Positions 1 through 10,337 of a stretch of 64,000 bases of DNA are shown in pieces. Position numbers and translations under genes: made by a program. The stretch is from Escherichia coli. Lineage in GTDB: Bacteria > Pseudomonadota > Gammaproteobacteria > Enterobacterales > Enterobacteriaceae. Positions within the stretch are counted from its first letter, which is position 1; each line of letters opens with the position of its first letter. The DNA lies in NCBI RefSeq assembly GCF_046105845.1, contig NZ_CP151004.1; one strand, given 5' to 3'. Below the pieces are notes generated by a model. It made no database searches, was not told where the DNA came from, and saw only the letters and a program-made list of their open reading frames with translations.

Positions 1-202
1 CTGCAGGGGTTAATCCGGCGAAAGCCAACTCTGTCAGACCACCGGTAATTAAGCCAGTCTGAATATCACCGAGAATAGCGCCAGTTAGGGTACAAACGAT
101 TATCGGGCGGAATAAAAATAAGGCTTCCAGCCAAAAATCAATCCCCAGAACGAAAACTAACGCCGCCAGGGATAATCCCTGAAGTAGGGTTATTTCATGC
201 AT
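1..202 (-). CDS. agaC: PTS N-acetylgalactosamine/galactosamine IIC component, N-terminal part only (gene continues beyond window start)
   Basis: Minus-strand reading from ATG at 202 gives MHEITLLQGLSLAALVFVLGIDFWLEALFLFRPIIV..., hydrophobic PTS IIC-like; sits directly downstream of agaB in conserved aga order. Confidence 0.8.
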   Translation of the reverse strand, partial: MHEITLLQGLSLAALVFVLGIDFWLEALFLFRPIIVCTLTGAILGDIQTGLITGGLTELAFAGLTPA

Positions 203-240
203 TTTTATTACCTCAAACCAATATTAAGGCGATTTTAGAT

Positions 241-717
241 TTAGTCAGGGATTTGTTCTTTTTGATCGCCAGGGACGTCCTGAATGAAAACATTCACGCC
301 ACGTTGTTTAATAAAACGTAAGTCCGTGAGATCCTGGTCATCGACATAAACTTTACTGCTGATTTGCTTTTTCCCTTCCGAGAAATGCATATTGCCGACG
401 TTGACATCTTTCAGGTCAATACCACCTTCTACCAATTTACGTACCGTTTGTGGCGTACGGCAAATCAGGAAGATCTTTTGATGCGGTGCAGCTTTGCCGA
501 TGACGTTAATGGTTTTTTCGATAGTAAAGAAACGAATGCCAAAGCCGTAGGTTTCCGCGGTAATACCCATTAATTTCTGTTGAATATCATCGTTAGCGAC
601 AACATCATCCACGACTACCAGCAGATTTGCACCGATGGTGGATGTCCAGGTCACGCCAACCTGACCGTGAACCAGACGGTTATCAATACGGGTTAAGAGA
701 ATATTTGGACTGCTCAT
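241..717 (-). CDS. agaB: PTS GalNAc-specific IIB component
   Basis: 158-aa ORF; LHGQVGVTW motif typical of mannose-family PTS IIB; synteny. Confidence 0.9.
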   Translation of the reverse strand: MSSPNILLTRIDNRLVHGQVGVTWTSTIGANLLVVVDDVVANDDIQQKLMGITAETYGFGIRFFTIEKTINVIGKAAPHQKIFLICRTPQTVRKLVEGGIDLKDVNVGNMHFSEGKKQISSKVYVDDQDLTDLRFIKQRGVNVFIQDVPGDQKEQIPD

Positions 718-883
718 TGTGTAATCCTCACCATAAAGTTGAATAATATAATTTTTTTAAATATATTATTATTGCGATATTTTACTGATGTATTTATTAA
801 GGTTTAGTTATCTCCTTTACCATTAAGGCACTCCCCGATATTAATCGGGAAGTACATTGGGATAAATCATAAAAAAATAATGA

Positions 884-1756
<873 letters not shown>

Positions 1757-2911
1757 TTATGCCTGCCACGGATGAATGATTACGCCTTGCACCACGCGGT
1801 TAACGGTGCCACTGGCTGATGGGGTATCCGGCGTATTGCCCATGTGCAGCGACTGCATCAGTGCAAACGTCTGGGCGTACATCAGGAAGCAAAATGCCTG
1901 CTCAACGTCGATAAAGTGACGTGACGGCGGCAGGATAATATGTGGACCGGCAGCAACGATGTCTGTGCTTTCCGCGGCGATGGCGATTACGCGCATTGCC
2001 TGGTTGTCACGACGAAGTTCAGCCAGCAGATCAAGATCATACTGACGGGTGTAAGGGTGGCTGGAGACAAATACCACCACCAGCGTTTCGTTATCGACCA
2101 GCGATTTCGGGCCATGACGGAATCCGGTCGGGGAATCATAAAAGGCCGCCAGTTTACCCGCCGTCAGTTCCAGTACTTTCAGCGCCGACTCGCGTGCTGC
2201 GCCCTGTAAGCCACCGCTGCCGAGATAAACGATCCGTTTCCACGGTGCGTAACCAAACACACCTTCGCTGAAATCGCCCAGTGAGGTCAGGATCGCCTGG
2301 CAACGATCCGCCACGTCGCGGAAGCTCTGGCTATTGATCGTCTCAGGTGCGAAAACCGCGAGGCAGCTGGCCATCATGGTGGTAATGCTGCTGGTCATCG
2401 CAAAGCCGCGATCGTGCGTTTCTGCGGGCATCAGCAGGGCAAACGCGTTATCGCTGTTGATCGCGTTTTGGTAAAGAGCGCCCGCTTCGTTGCAAGTGAT
2501 CGGCAGGTGATAGCATTCTGGTACAAATTGATTTGCCAGTTCCACGGCAGCGACGCTTTCTGGGCTGTTGCCGGATCGACCGAAGGAGATCAACAGCAGC
2601 GGATGAGCTGGATTCAGGTAGTCCATCGGATTAGTGACCAGATCGGTGGTCGGTACGGCGCTGAAGTTTTTACCGGTATGGCTGGCGAGCCACGGCGCGA
2701 TGATGTCACCGATAAATGCCGAGGTTCCGGCTCCGGTCAGGATTACCCGCAGATTCTCTTTGCGCAGTAACGGTTCAAGGAAGTTATTGAGCGCGGAACG
2801 TAGCGCGTCGATGTTGGTGAGTGAACGGATCCATGCGCGAGGCTGATGGCGGATCTCTTCTTCAGTCCATGTACCGGTTGCGGCAGCAGCAGGGGTGTAA
2901 TTTTCTGGCAT
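1757..2911 (-). CDS. agaS: SIS-domain sugar isomerase/deaminase (galactosamine-6-phosphate deaminase/isomerase)
   Basis: 384-aa ORF; position between agaA and kbaY. Confidence 0.9.
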   Translation of the reverse strand: MPENYTPAAAATGTWTEEEIRHQPRAWIRSLTNIDALRSALNNFLEPLLRKENLRVILTGAGTSAFIGDIIAPWLASHTGKNFSAVPTTDLVTNPMDYLNPAHPLLLISFGRSGNSPESVAAVELANQFVPECYHLPITCNEAGALYQNAINSDNAFALLMPAETHDRGFAMTSSITTMMASCLAVFAPETINSQSFRDVADRCQAILTSLGDFSEGVFGYAPWKRIVYLGSGGLQGAARESALKVLELTAGKLAAFYDSPTGFRHGPKSLVDNETLVVVFVSSHPYTRQYDLDLLAELRRDNQAMRVIAIAAESTDIVAAGPHIILPPSRHFIDVEQAFCFLMYAQTFALMQSLHMGNTPDTPSASGTVNRVVQGVIIHPWQA

Positions 2912-3260
2912 AACTCAATCCTTAGTCTGATGAACTTGACGTCGGGCGTTGTCGCTTTCGCTTACCTTTCGTTTCATTTCACTTGGTGATGTCTTTCGTT
3001 GATTAAAATCTATAGAAAAGAAACTGAAAGTTCAATGGAGAAAAAAGAAATAAAACGAAATTTGTGATCGTTGAAAGAAAAGACAAGGGAAGATTAAAGG
3101 ATTGCGTGATAACGTCGCTATGTTCACCGATTGCCGGATGCGGCGTACCGTAGGTCGAAGAAGACGCGTCAGCGTCGCATCCGACACCCTGCACAGAGCA
3201 CAACGAAAGAAAAAGAAAGGCCTTACGGGGGAAGTGAAGGCCCAATAAAGGAGCAAACCA
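2912..3260. promoter_or_regulatory. agaS upstream region with AgaR-operator-like motifs and a REP-like palindrome pair (3133..3188)
   Basis: TTTCGTTTCATTTCAC, GAAACTGAAAG and AAACGAAATTTG motifs; GCCGGATGCGGCGTACCG...GACGCGTCAGCGTCGCATCCGACA. Confidence 0.55.
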
Positions 3261-4394
3261 TCAAAACGAAGCTAATTGACCCTGAATCCAGATTTGTTGC
3301 ACATGCAGCCCGCTATCCAGCGCAACGACGCTGGCGCGTTTGCCCGGTTTAAGCGATCCCAGAACATCATCAACACCCAGCATACGCGCCGGATGCAGCG
3401 ACGCCATATGGATGGCTTCCGCAGGCGTTACGTCCGTCAACTCGACCATGTTGCGCACTGCCGCATCGACAGACAGCGTACTGCCCGCCAGCCCACCGGA
3501 CGCGGTACGGACAACGCCACCGTGCATCTGCACTTCTTCACCACATAACGTATAGCGACCATCCGGCATCCCTGCTGCCTGCATCGCGTCGGTGATGAGC
3601 ACGATTCTCTCTTTCGCACAGCAACAACACAGCGACATCGCCGCCGGATGCACATGATTACCATCGGCTATCAGTTCCAGCCAGGCGCGCTTGTCCGTTA
3701 ATCCCGCGCCAACCATTCCCGGTTCGCGGTGATGTAAACCTGTCATCCCGTTATAGCAATGCACCAAGCCGTCGGCACCAGCGTCAAACGCGGCACGGGT
3801 TTGTTGCCAGGTCGCCGCGCTATGCCCCAGCATCACCCGTACGTTTTGCTGTTTAAGATGGCGGATGGCCTGCAATGCCCCTTCTTTTTCCGGTGCCAGC
3901 GCTACCACGCGCAAGGTGTGCTGAGAAACGGCAATCAACTGATCCAGCTCGGCAATTTCCAGCTCGCGAAACAGCTCCGGCGGATGCGCGCCTTTATTCT
4001 GCGGCGTGAAGTATGGTCCTTCGAGATAACTCCCCAGCACTTGCGCACCAGGTCCGCCGCGTTGGCAACGTTGAGCAATACGTTTCAGCGCCGCATGAAT
4101 GGTATTAAGCGGAGCGGTTACGGTGGTCGGTAACCAACTGCCGACACCTTCGCGTGCTTTGTGCATTGCCAGCTTGTCGAGCACATCCGGCGCGTCATCC
4201 ATTACATCAACGCCCGCACCACCGTGTACATGGGTGTCGATGTAAGCGGGGCAGAGCAGTTCCGCATCGCGTTCAGTCACGCCCACTGGAATCGGTTCGA
4301 TTGCTGCGATGACACCGTCAGCAATACGCAACTGATGGTCATCGAGCCATCCCTCTTCAGTCAGCAGCCTTCTGGCGCGCAGAACGTGTGTCAT
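3261..4394 (-). CDS. agaA: N-acetylgalactosamine-6-phosphate deacetylase, full length
   Basis: ORF track 3261..4415; preferred start is ATG at 4394 (MTHVLRARRL...) which overlaps the agaF stop as ATGA; amidohydrolase HxH motif (DTHVHGG). Confidence 0.88.
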   Translation of the reverse strand: MTHVLRARRLLTEEGWLDDHQLRIADGVIAAIEPIPVGVTERDAELLCPAYIDTHVHGGAGVDVMDDAPDVLDKLAMHKAREGVGSWLPTTVTAPLNTIHAALKRIAQRCQRGGPGAQVLGSYLEGPYFTPQNKGAHPPELFRELEIAELDQLIAVSQHTLRVVALAPEKEGALQAIRHLKQQNVRVMLGHSAATWQQTRAAFDAGADGLVHCYNGMTGLHHREPGMVGAGLTDKRAWLELIADGNHVHPAAMSLCCCCAKERIVLITDAMQAAGMPDGRYTLCGEEVQMHGGVVRTASGGLAGSTLSVDAAVRNMVELTDVTPAEAIHMASLHPARMLGVDDVLGSLKPGKRASVVALDSGLHVQQIWIQGQLASF

Positions 4395-4825
4395 ATTCCT
4401 TCCTCGACCGGACATTCTTCATGGCAGCGGCCTAACTCGTCCACCAAACTGGTCAGCCCACGGTGTCCACACTCCAGCGCCTGCACACGGAACTCTTCAC
4501 CGCTTAACCCTTCGCGCTCCAGCACCATCTCCAGTAGCAGTTGCAAATTGGTGCCGGTGATCACTTCACAGCCCGGTTTTTGTATCGCCAGCGTTGAAGC
4601 TACGCGAAACGGCGTGCCGCCCAGCAAATCCGTCAGAAAAACAATGCCGTCTTCACAATCCAGTTGGGCGAAGGCCTCTTCAAGCTGCGATGTAAGCAGC
4701 GCGGTGCTTGAGGTTTCCGGAAAATCGATGGCGATAAACTGCGATTGCTCGCCGAGGATTTGCTTCATTGCTTTTTCCATGCCGCTGGCAAATCCGCCAT
4801 GCCCTGTCAAAATAATACTTAACAT
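4391..4825 (-). CDS. agaF: PTS galactosamine-specific IIA component
   Basis: 144-aa ORF; small PTS IIA of mannose family; gene is absent from K-12 (from memory), so its presence marks a non-K-12 aga locus. Confidence 0.85.
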   Translation of the reverse strand: MLSIILTGHGGFASGMEKAMKQILGEQSQFIAIDFPETSSTALLTSQLEEAFAQLDCEDGIVFLTDLLGGTPFRVASTLAIQKPGCEVITGTNLQLLLEMVLEREGLSGEEFRVQALECGHRGLTSLVDELGRCHEECPVEEGI

Positions 4826-4842
4826 CTAATACCTCATTGTAT

Positions 4843-5727
4843 TTAAAGGAAATGACAGAATTTACCGACGATGCCGAGAACCACGGTCACTGCAATCAGG
4901 CGCAGCGGACTCCAGCCGCGGCGTACCAGCCAGAACATGGTCAGGGTGTAGACCAGCGGTAAGAAGGCAGGCATCAGTTTGTCGATAACATCAGCCTGTA
5001 ACTTAACCACTGCGTCGCCCGCTGTGATTTCCAGCGTGGTGCTTAAACGAACATAGGTTGCCACCAGCGCGCCGATTACCGTCATCCCAACGATAGACGC
5101 AGCATGGCCGACTTTTTTGGTATTCGCTTTAATGAGTGGAATCGCCGCCACGCCCATGCGGTAAGCATAATGCGCCAGACCAAAACGCAGCCCCAGGTGT
5201 ACCACGTTGAACAGCACAATAAAGACGACTGCGCCAAGAATGGAGCCTTGCAATGCCAGACTGGCTCCAATCCCGCCACAAATCGGCAGTAGCGTTAGCC
5301 AGAACATTGCATCGCCAATCCCGCCAAGCGGCGCACCGACGGCAATTTTGGTGCTCTGAATACTGTTAACGTCCTGCTTAGAACGCTCCATCGCAAGGAT
5401 AATGCCGATAACAAACGTCACCAGAAACGGATGGGTATTGAAGAAACCCATATGCCCCTTCATGGCGCGCGCCAGGTCGCGTTTATTAGTGTGGATCTTT
5501 TTCAGAGCAGGCAGCAGACCGTACAACCAGCCAGAAGCCTGCATACGTTCGTAGTTAAAAGACGCTTGTAACAGCATGGAACGCCAGGCGACGCGGTTGA
5601 TATCTTTTTTCGTCAGCTCCGCGCCAATGCTCTGATCTTCATACACGTTTTCATTGACGCCAGTCAGCAATGTTTCTTCGTTTTCACTGACGTTCGGCAG
5701 GGTGGTTTGATTAGATGCCATCTTCAA
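4843..5727 (-). CDS. agaE: PTS galactosamine-specific IID component
   Basis: 294-aa hydrophobic ORF; IID-like; synteny. Confidence 0.85.
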   Translation of the reverse strand: MKMASNQTTLPNVSENEETLLTGVNENVYEDQSIGAELTKKDINRVAWRSMLLQASFNYERMQASGWLYGLLPALKKIHTNKRDLARAMKGHMGFFNTHPFLVTFVIGIILAMERSKQDVNSIQSTKIAVGAPLGGIGDAMFWLTLLPICGGIGASLALQGSILGAVVFIVLFNVVHLGLRFGLAHYAYRMGVAAIPLIKANTKKVGHAASIVGMTVIGALVATYVRLSTTLEITAGDAVVKLQADVIDKLMPAFLPLVYTLTMFWLVRRGWSPLRLIAVTVVLGIVGKFCHFL

Positions 5728-6490
5728 ATTCCTCTTTCTGTGCCGCAGGTTGAGTCGGTTCAGGAGATTTACGCAGCAGATCGATCAGCGCCATCGCCAG
5801 CGCGGCGGCAGCAATAGCCAGCACCGGTAACTTGAGCCAGGCGGCGGCAACAAAGCCCAGGATGAAGTAGGGGATGTAGACGTTTTTCATCATGATTTTC
5901 AGCAGCACGGCAAAACCGATTGCTGGCATGATGCCGCCCGCGACGCCGAGGCCGTCGATTAATCGTTGCGGCAGGACATCAATGATGGTTTTGGCATGTT
6001 CTGCGCCGAAGTAGATAGGCAGGAAAGCGCAGAGAAAATAGAAAGTGCCGAGTGCCAGCAATGCCAGATAGTTCACGCGTTCAATGCCGCGTGTATCGGC
6101 GTTCTCCGCCATCCGGTCGCAGCGAGACATCACGCCAGACATCACCGAGAACAGGAAGGTAATCCCCATCTGTACTGCAACAGCGAAAGGTACGGCGACA
6201 CCGACCGCGACATCGGGTTTCACGCCAGTAGTAATGGCAAACGCCGTGCCGACGATAGTACCGATAATCACGTTAGGCGGTTGTGCGCCTGCCAGCGGGG
6301 CCAGCCCCATCCACACCAGTTCCAGCGTACCGCCGGTTAAAATACCGGTATGCAGATCGCCAAGTACCAGCCCGACCAACGGGCCGAGGACCACCGGGCG
6401 GTGCATATGGGTTAGGCCGTTAAACATATCCAGGCCAGCGATAAAGGCGATAATGCCCAACGCGAATGCCTGCAACAGACTGATTTCCAT
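5711..6490 (-). CDS. agaW: PTS GalNAc/GalN IIC component
   Basis: 259-aa hydrophobic ORF; full length here. Confidence 0.85.
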   Translation of the reverse strand: MEISLLQAFALGIIAFIAGLDMFNGLTHMHRPVVLGPLVGLVLGDLHTGILTGGTLELVWMGLAPLAGAQPPNVIIGTIVGTAFAITTGVKPDVAVGVAVPFAVAVQMGITFLFSVMSGVMSRCDRMAENADTRGIERVNYLALLALGTFYFLCAFLPIYFGAEHAKTIIDVLPQRLIDGLGVAGGIMPAIGFAVLLKIMMKNVYIPYFILGFVAAAWLKLPVLAIAAAALAMALIDLLRKSPEPTQPAAQKEEFEDGI

Positions 6491-6500
6491 GATGAATCCC

Positions 6501-6974
6501 TCAAAGTAATTTAAAGAGGTCCACAGCAGGCTCTGTCGGGACGCCCTGAACGAAGCATTCCACCCCAGCGGCTTTCAGGTCGTTAAATGCTGCGATATCG
6601 CCCGCATCTACAGAAACCGTTTTGGCGATTTGTTGCTTGCCATTGGCGTAGTGCATATTGCCAACGTTAATGCGATTCACCGGAACGCCACCTTTCACCA
6701 GCGTCAGGAAATCGGCAGGTGTTTTACAAACCAGCAGGATTTTCTGTCGATCGGCGGCGCGATGAATGTTGTCGATGACTTTTTGCAGCGTCCAGAAACG
6801 TACGGCGATCCCTTCTGCCAGTACCATTTCCATCAGGTTTTGTTGTACCGGATCTTCGGCAACCTCATCGTTGGCTACCAGCACCAGATTTGCCCCCGCA
6901 AATCCGACCCACTGAACGCCGACCTGACCGTGAATCAAGCGTTCATCAATCCGGCTTAAAACAATATTTGGCAT
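6501..6974 (-). CDS. agaV: PTS GalNAc/GalN IIB component
   Basis: ORF track 6501..7010; likely start MPNIVLSRIDERLIHGQ at 6974; paralog of agaB. Confidence 0.85.
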   Translation of the reverse strand: MPNIVLSRIDERLIHGQVGVQWVGFAGANLVLVANDEVAEDPVQQNLMEMVLAEGIAVRFWTLQKVIDNIHRAADRQKILLVCKTPADFLTLVKGGVPVNRINVGNMHYANGKQQIAKTVSVDAGDIAAFNDLKAAGVECFVQGVPTEPAVDLFKLL

Positions 6975-6996
6975 AGCGTGTTCCTCTTTGTTTTGC

Positions 6997-8277
6997 TTAT
7001 TGGCCTTCACAGGCTGTGTGGTACTGCGCCAGGATGTCCTGAATATGGTTGATAATGAGTTCCCGTGGCGTTGGCTGCAGCTCGCCGGAGCGAACTTTCA
7101 CGTATTGCAGCGGCAGATACTGGCTGATGAGCGGTAGCGGAATTGGTGAATCCGCCAGATTACGAACCAGATGAGCGAAAGCGTCATCAATCTGGCTGTC
7201 CGGCCAGTAATAGCGCACGCGATCCGAGTAGCTATAACCACGCGCCAGGCGACGTGCGTTGCCGTCACCGTGGTAGTGGCTTTGCCAGTATTCCGGGCGG
7301 TCGAGCATCACGTTTTCCAGCACCTGACGCAGACCAGAACAGGCTTTTGCTGGTACCAGTTCTTCTTCAATCGCCGCCAGAGAGAACAGAGCTTCACGCA
7401 GGGCGAAGGTCAGCGCCGGGCCAACTTTCAGAATGGCAAAGTGGTCAATCACCAGCTGGCGCAGCGATTGCGGCGTTTGATAATCGGTAGAGTGCGCTTC
7501 GAAAATCAGCGTTTCGTAGTTTTCGACCATCTGGCTTAAGGCGGTCGCTTTAGCTGGCTGATAATCAATAACGTTGGTGTGATCGAATTCGACGCCGGGT
7601 TGTACCACCAGAGCAATGATGCGTGGCCAGATGGCACTCAGACCCTGCTTTTCAAAGGCGTGACGATGGGCTTCCAGCGTGGCGCGGGCGGCATCCGGCG
7701 TGGTGACCGCCAGCTCGCTTAAGGTTTCATGCGCGCCGCCAGGTACCGGTACTTCGGTACCAATGACATACTCCAGATCGGCTTCGCCAAAGTGTTCAAG
7801 ACAGGTTTCTTCCGCCACTTTCGCCAGACGGGCGGCGCGTTCAGCCACGATGTCATCAGTTAAGGGAATTGGATCGTCCTGACAGGACATACTGCAATCA
7901 AGGTGAATTTTTTTGAATCCTGCCGCCACGTAGCTTTTAATCAAATCATCGGCATTGGCCATTGCCTGAGCGGCTGGCAGGTTTTGCCAGCGGTTTGGCC
8001 CCAGATGGTCGCCTCCCAAAATCAACGCATCCTGTGGGAAATTCAACGAGTCGGCGAGCTGACAAACAAAGCCGCGAAAATCGGCGGGCGTCATTCCGGT
8101 ATAACCGCCGAACTGGTCCACCTGATTGGAGGTTGCTTCAATCAGTAACGGCGTTTGGTTTGCACTGGCGTAGCGGATTGCAGCTTCCAGCACCAGCGGA
8201 TGTGCGGAACAAACGGCATAAATCCCATTTGTTTTACCCTCTTTGTGCTGTCTCACCATTTCTGTCAGATGTTTCAC
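6997..8277 (-). CDS. kbaZ: tagatose-bisphosphate aldolase non-catalytic subunit
   Basis: 426-aa ORF; divergent from agaR. Confidence 0.9.
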   Translation of the reverse strand: MKHLTEMVRQHKEGKTNGIYAVCSAHPLVLEAAIRYASANQTPLLIEATSNQVDQFGGYTGMTPADFRGFVCQLADSLNFPQDALILGGDHLGPNRWQNLPAAQAMANADDLIKSYVAAGFKKIHLDCSMSCQDDPIPLTDDIVAERAARLAKVAEETCLEHFGEADLEYVIGTEVPVPGGAHETLSELAVTTPDAARATLEAHRHAFEKQGLSAIWPRIIALVVQPGVEFDHTNVIDYQPAKATALSQMVENYETLIFEAHSTDYQTPQSLRQLVIDHFAILKVGPALTFALREALFSLAAIEEELVPAKACSGLRQVLENVMLDRPEYWQSHYHGDGNARRLARGYSYSDRVRYYWPDSQIDDAFAHLVRNLADSPIPLPLISQYLPLQYVKVRSGELQPTPRELIINHIQDILAQYHTACEGQ

Positions 8278-8525
8278 TTTCCTCTCCAGTTCAGATTACT
8301 GCGATATTAATCTTTCGTTTTGTTTCAGTTGATACTGCGCCATGGTGAGATAAAAATAAAACGAAAGATAATAGTTTTCTGATCTGATTCACAAAAGAAA
8401 CATAATGAAAGCCACTGAAACGAGAGTAGCTTGCGCCAATGGGTAAGGTGGGCTTGCATTTGCTTAATAGAAAGGCGTTAATAGGCAAAACGAAATGAAA
8501 CGAAAGTTTTACGAAAGGACTTACT
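8278..8525. promoter_or_regulatory. kbaZ/agaR divergent promoter region with reiterated AgaR-operator-like motifs
   Basis: Multiple copies of CTTTCGTTT / AAACGAAAG-type motifs (e.g. AAACGAAATGAAACGAAAGTTTTACGAAAGG at ~8490..8520). Confidence 0.6.
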
Positions 8526-9335
8526 ATGAGTAATACCGACGCTTCAGGTGAGAAGCGAATGACAGGCACCAGCGAGCGACGAGAACAGATCATTCAGCGT
8601 CTGCGACAGCAAGGGAGTGTGCAGGTTAACGATCTGTCGGCATTGTATGGCGTATCTACTGTGACGATCCGCAACGATCTGGCGTTTCTGGAAAAGCAGG
8701 GGATCGCTGTGCGTGCCTATGGCGGCGCGTTGATCTGCGATAGCACGACGCCGTCAGTCGAGCCATCAGTGGAAGATAAAAGCGCGCTGAACACCGCAAT
8801 GAAACGCAGCGTTGCGAAAGCTGCCGTTGAGTTGATTCAGCCAGGTCATCGGGTGATTCTCGATTCCGGGACCACCACTTTTGAGATTGCTCGTCTGATG
8901 CGCAAGCACACTGACGTAATTGCGATGACCAACGGTATGAACGTGGCTAATGCGTTGCTGGAAGCTGAAGGCGTTGAGCTGCTGATGACCGGGGGGCATT
9001 TGCGCCGTCAGTCGCAATCTTTTTACGGCGATCAGGCTGAGCAATCGCTGCAAAATTACCACTTCGATATGCTGTTTCTTGGTGTAGATGCGATCGATCT
9101 GGAGCGCGGCGTCAGTACGCATAATGAAGATGAAGCCCGTTTAAACCGCCGGATGTGCGAAGTTGCGGAACGGATCATCGTGGTCACCGATTCCAGTAAA
9201 TTCAATCGTTCCAGTTTACATAAGATCATTGATACTCAACGTATCGACATGATCATTGTTGATGAAGGCATTCCTGCGGATAGCCTGGAAGGGCTGCGAA
9301 AGGCTGGGGTTGAAGTGATTCTGGTCGGGGAGTGA
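8526..9335 (+). CDS. agaR: DeoR-family transcriptional repressor of the aga regulon
   Basis: 269-aa ORF with N-terminal HTH and DeoR C-terminal domain. Confidence 0.9.
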   Translation: MSNTDASGEKRMTGTSERREQIIQRLRQQGSVQVNDLSALYGVSTVTIRNDLAFLEKQGIAVRAYGGALICDSTTPSVEPSVEDKSALNTAMKRSVAKAAVELIQPGHRVILDSGTTTFEIARLMRKHTDVIAMTNGMNVANALLEAEGVELLMTGGHLRRQSQSFYGDQAEQSLQNYHFDMLFLGVDAIDLERGVSTHNEDEARLNRRMCEVAERIIVVTDSSKFNRSSLHKIIDTQRIDMIIVDEGIPADSLEGLRKAGVEVILVGE

Positions 9336-9389
9336 GAAAGTGTGCCCGCTGGTCAACACGAATGCGTTCGGCGGGCATTGTGAACACCA

Positions 9390-9854
9390 TCAATGGGGTT
9401 CTTCTGTCTCTCGGGTGAGGGTTTCCCAGTCGGCAGGAGGATGTCCTCTTTTTAACATTTTGCTGAATACGGTATAGGCATCTGTTTTTTTACCGTAGGT
9501 GCGCAGAGTGTTTTCATCGTTCATCCATCCCAGAATGATGACTTTCTCTTTTTCACTATAACGAAAGAAGAGACGATAACGACCAGCACCAAATTTTACC
9601 CGTGACCAGTCTTTATTTTTCCCAGAGCCTAACGACTTGCCATGACGGAATGCCGGTGATGATGGATTGACCGTGATATGCTCCTCAATCACTTTATGGA
9701 CTACCGCCAATAACTTTGTGGCGGCTTTTCTCTGATAATTTTCAGGATCTTTTCCCTTTAATGTCTCGACTTCGGCAACTAAAGCGTCGTAGGTTTCCTG
9801 AAAACAGGGATGAGCATATAGCGCCCAACCATTAACCCTTTGTGGAAAATCCAT
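9390..9854 (-). CDS. yhaV: type II toxin (ribonuclease) YhaV
   Basis: 154-aa ORF immediately downstream of and overlapping prlF. Confidence 0.88.
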   Translation of the reverse strand: MDFPQRVNGWALYAHPCFQETYDALVAEVETLKGKDPENYQRKAATKLLAVVHKVIEEHITVNPSSPAFRHGKSLGSGKNKDWSRVKFGAGRYRLFFRYSEKEKVIILGWMNDENTLRTYGKKTDAYTVFSKMLKRGHPPADWETLTRETEEPH

Positions 9855-10189
9855 TATTCGTCGTCGCCAATCTCATCATCAATGTTGACGTCCATGCCAG
9901 CGACAAGTTTCTTTCCTTGTTGAATGTTGAATGGACGAGTTTTTTGCGGGTTGTTCTGGATATCTGCATCCAGAAAACGCAAAAATGCATTCATAGTATG
10001 ATCCTCCTGTTCATCTCCCAGTCGGCACATAAATACTTGCCCACCAGGCAGAATTTCGTAATGAATGCTGTCCTGGCCTGGCTTCAGTTTTAAGGCCTCA
10101 CGCACTGGCGCGGGGATAGTTGTTTGTCCGCGTATCGTGACCTTTGATTCAGTGGTCAGTACAGCGTGAGAGCGAGCATTAGCGGGCAT
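9854..10189 (-). CDS. prlF: type II antitoxin PrlF (SohA), AbrB/SpoVT-type DNA-binding
   Basis: 111-aa ORF with acidic C-terminus; 1-nt overlap with yhaV. Confidence 0.88.
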   Translation of the reverse strand: MPANARSHAVLTTESKVTIRGQTTIPAPVREALKLKPGQDSIHYEILPGGQVFMCRLGDEQEDHTMNAFLRFLDADIQNNPQKTRPFNIQQGKKLVAGMDVNIDDEIGDDE

Positions 10190-10287
10190 GATTCACTGTC
10201 CTTTTACAGCCTGTTTTCTGCTCAAATTATAAGCTTGAACTAAGGTAATGCAAATGCATTATTAATGTACGTGGGGGCTTTAAACAA

Positions 10288-10316
10288 TAAAAACATGGCA
10301 CTAAGGCCATGTTTTG
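10288..10316 (-). terminator. rho-independent terminator after garD
   Basis: CATGGC-ACTAA-GCCATG hairpin ~20 nt past the garD stop, with a T-run on the minus strand. Confidence 0.7.
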
Positions 10317-10337
10317 CGAGGGACGTTCCAAAAGAAA

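Noticed and set aside
826-848. Short hairpin (CCCGAT-ATTAA-ATCGGG) between kbaY and agaB as a possible terminator
   Set aside because: No adjacent T-run on either strand and kbaY-agaB are expected to be cotranscribed; more likely a weak processing structure or chance.
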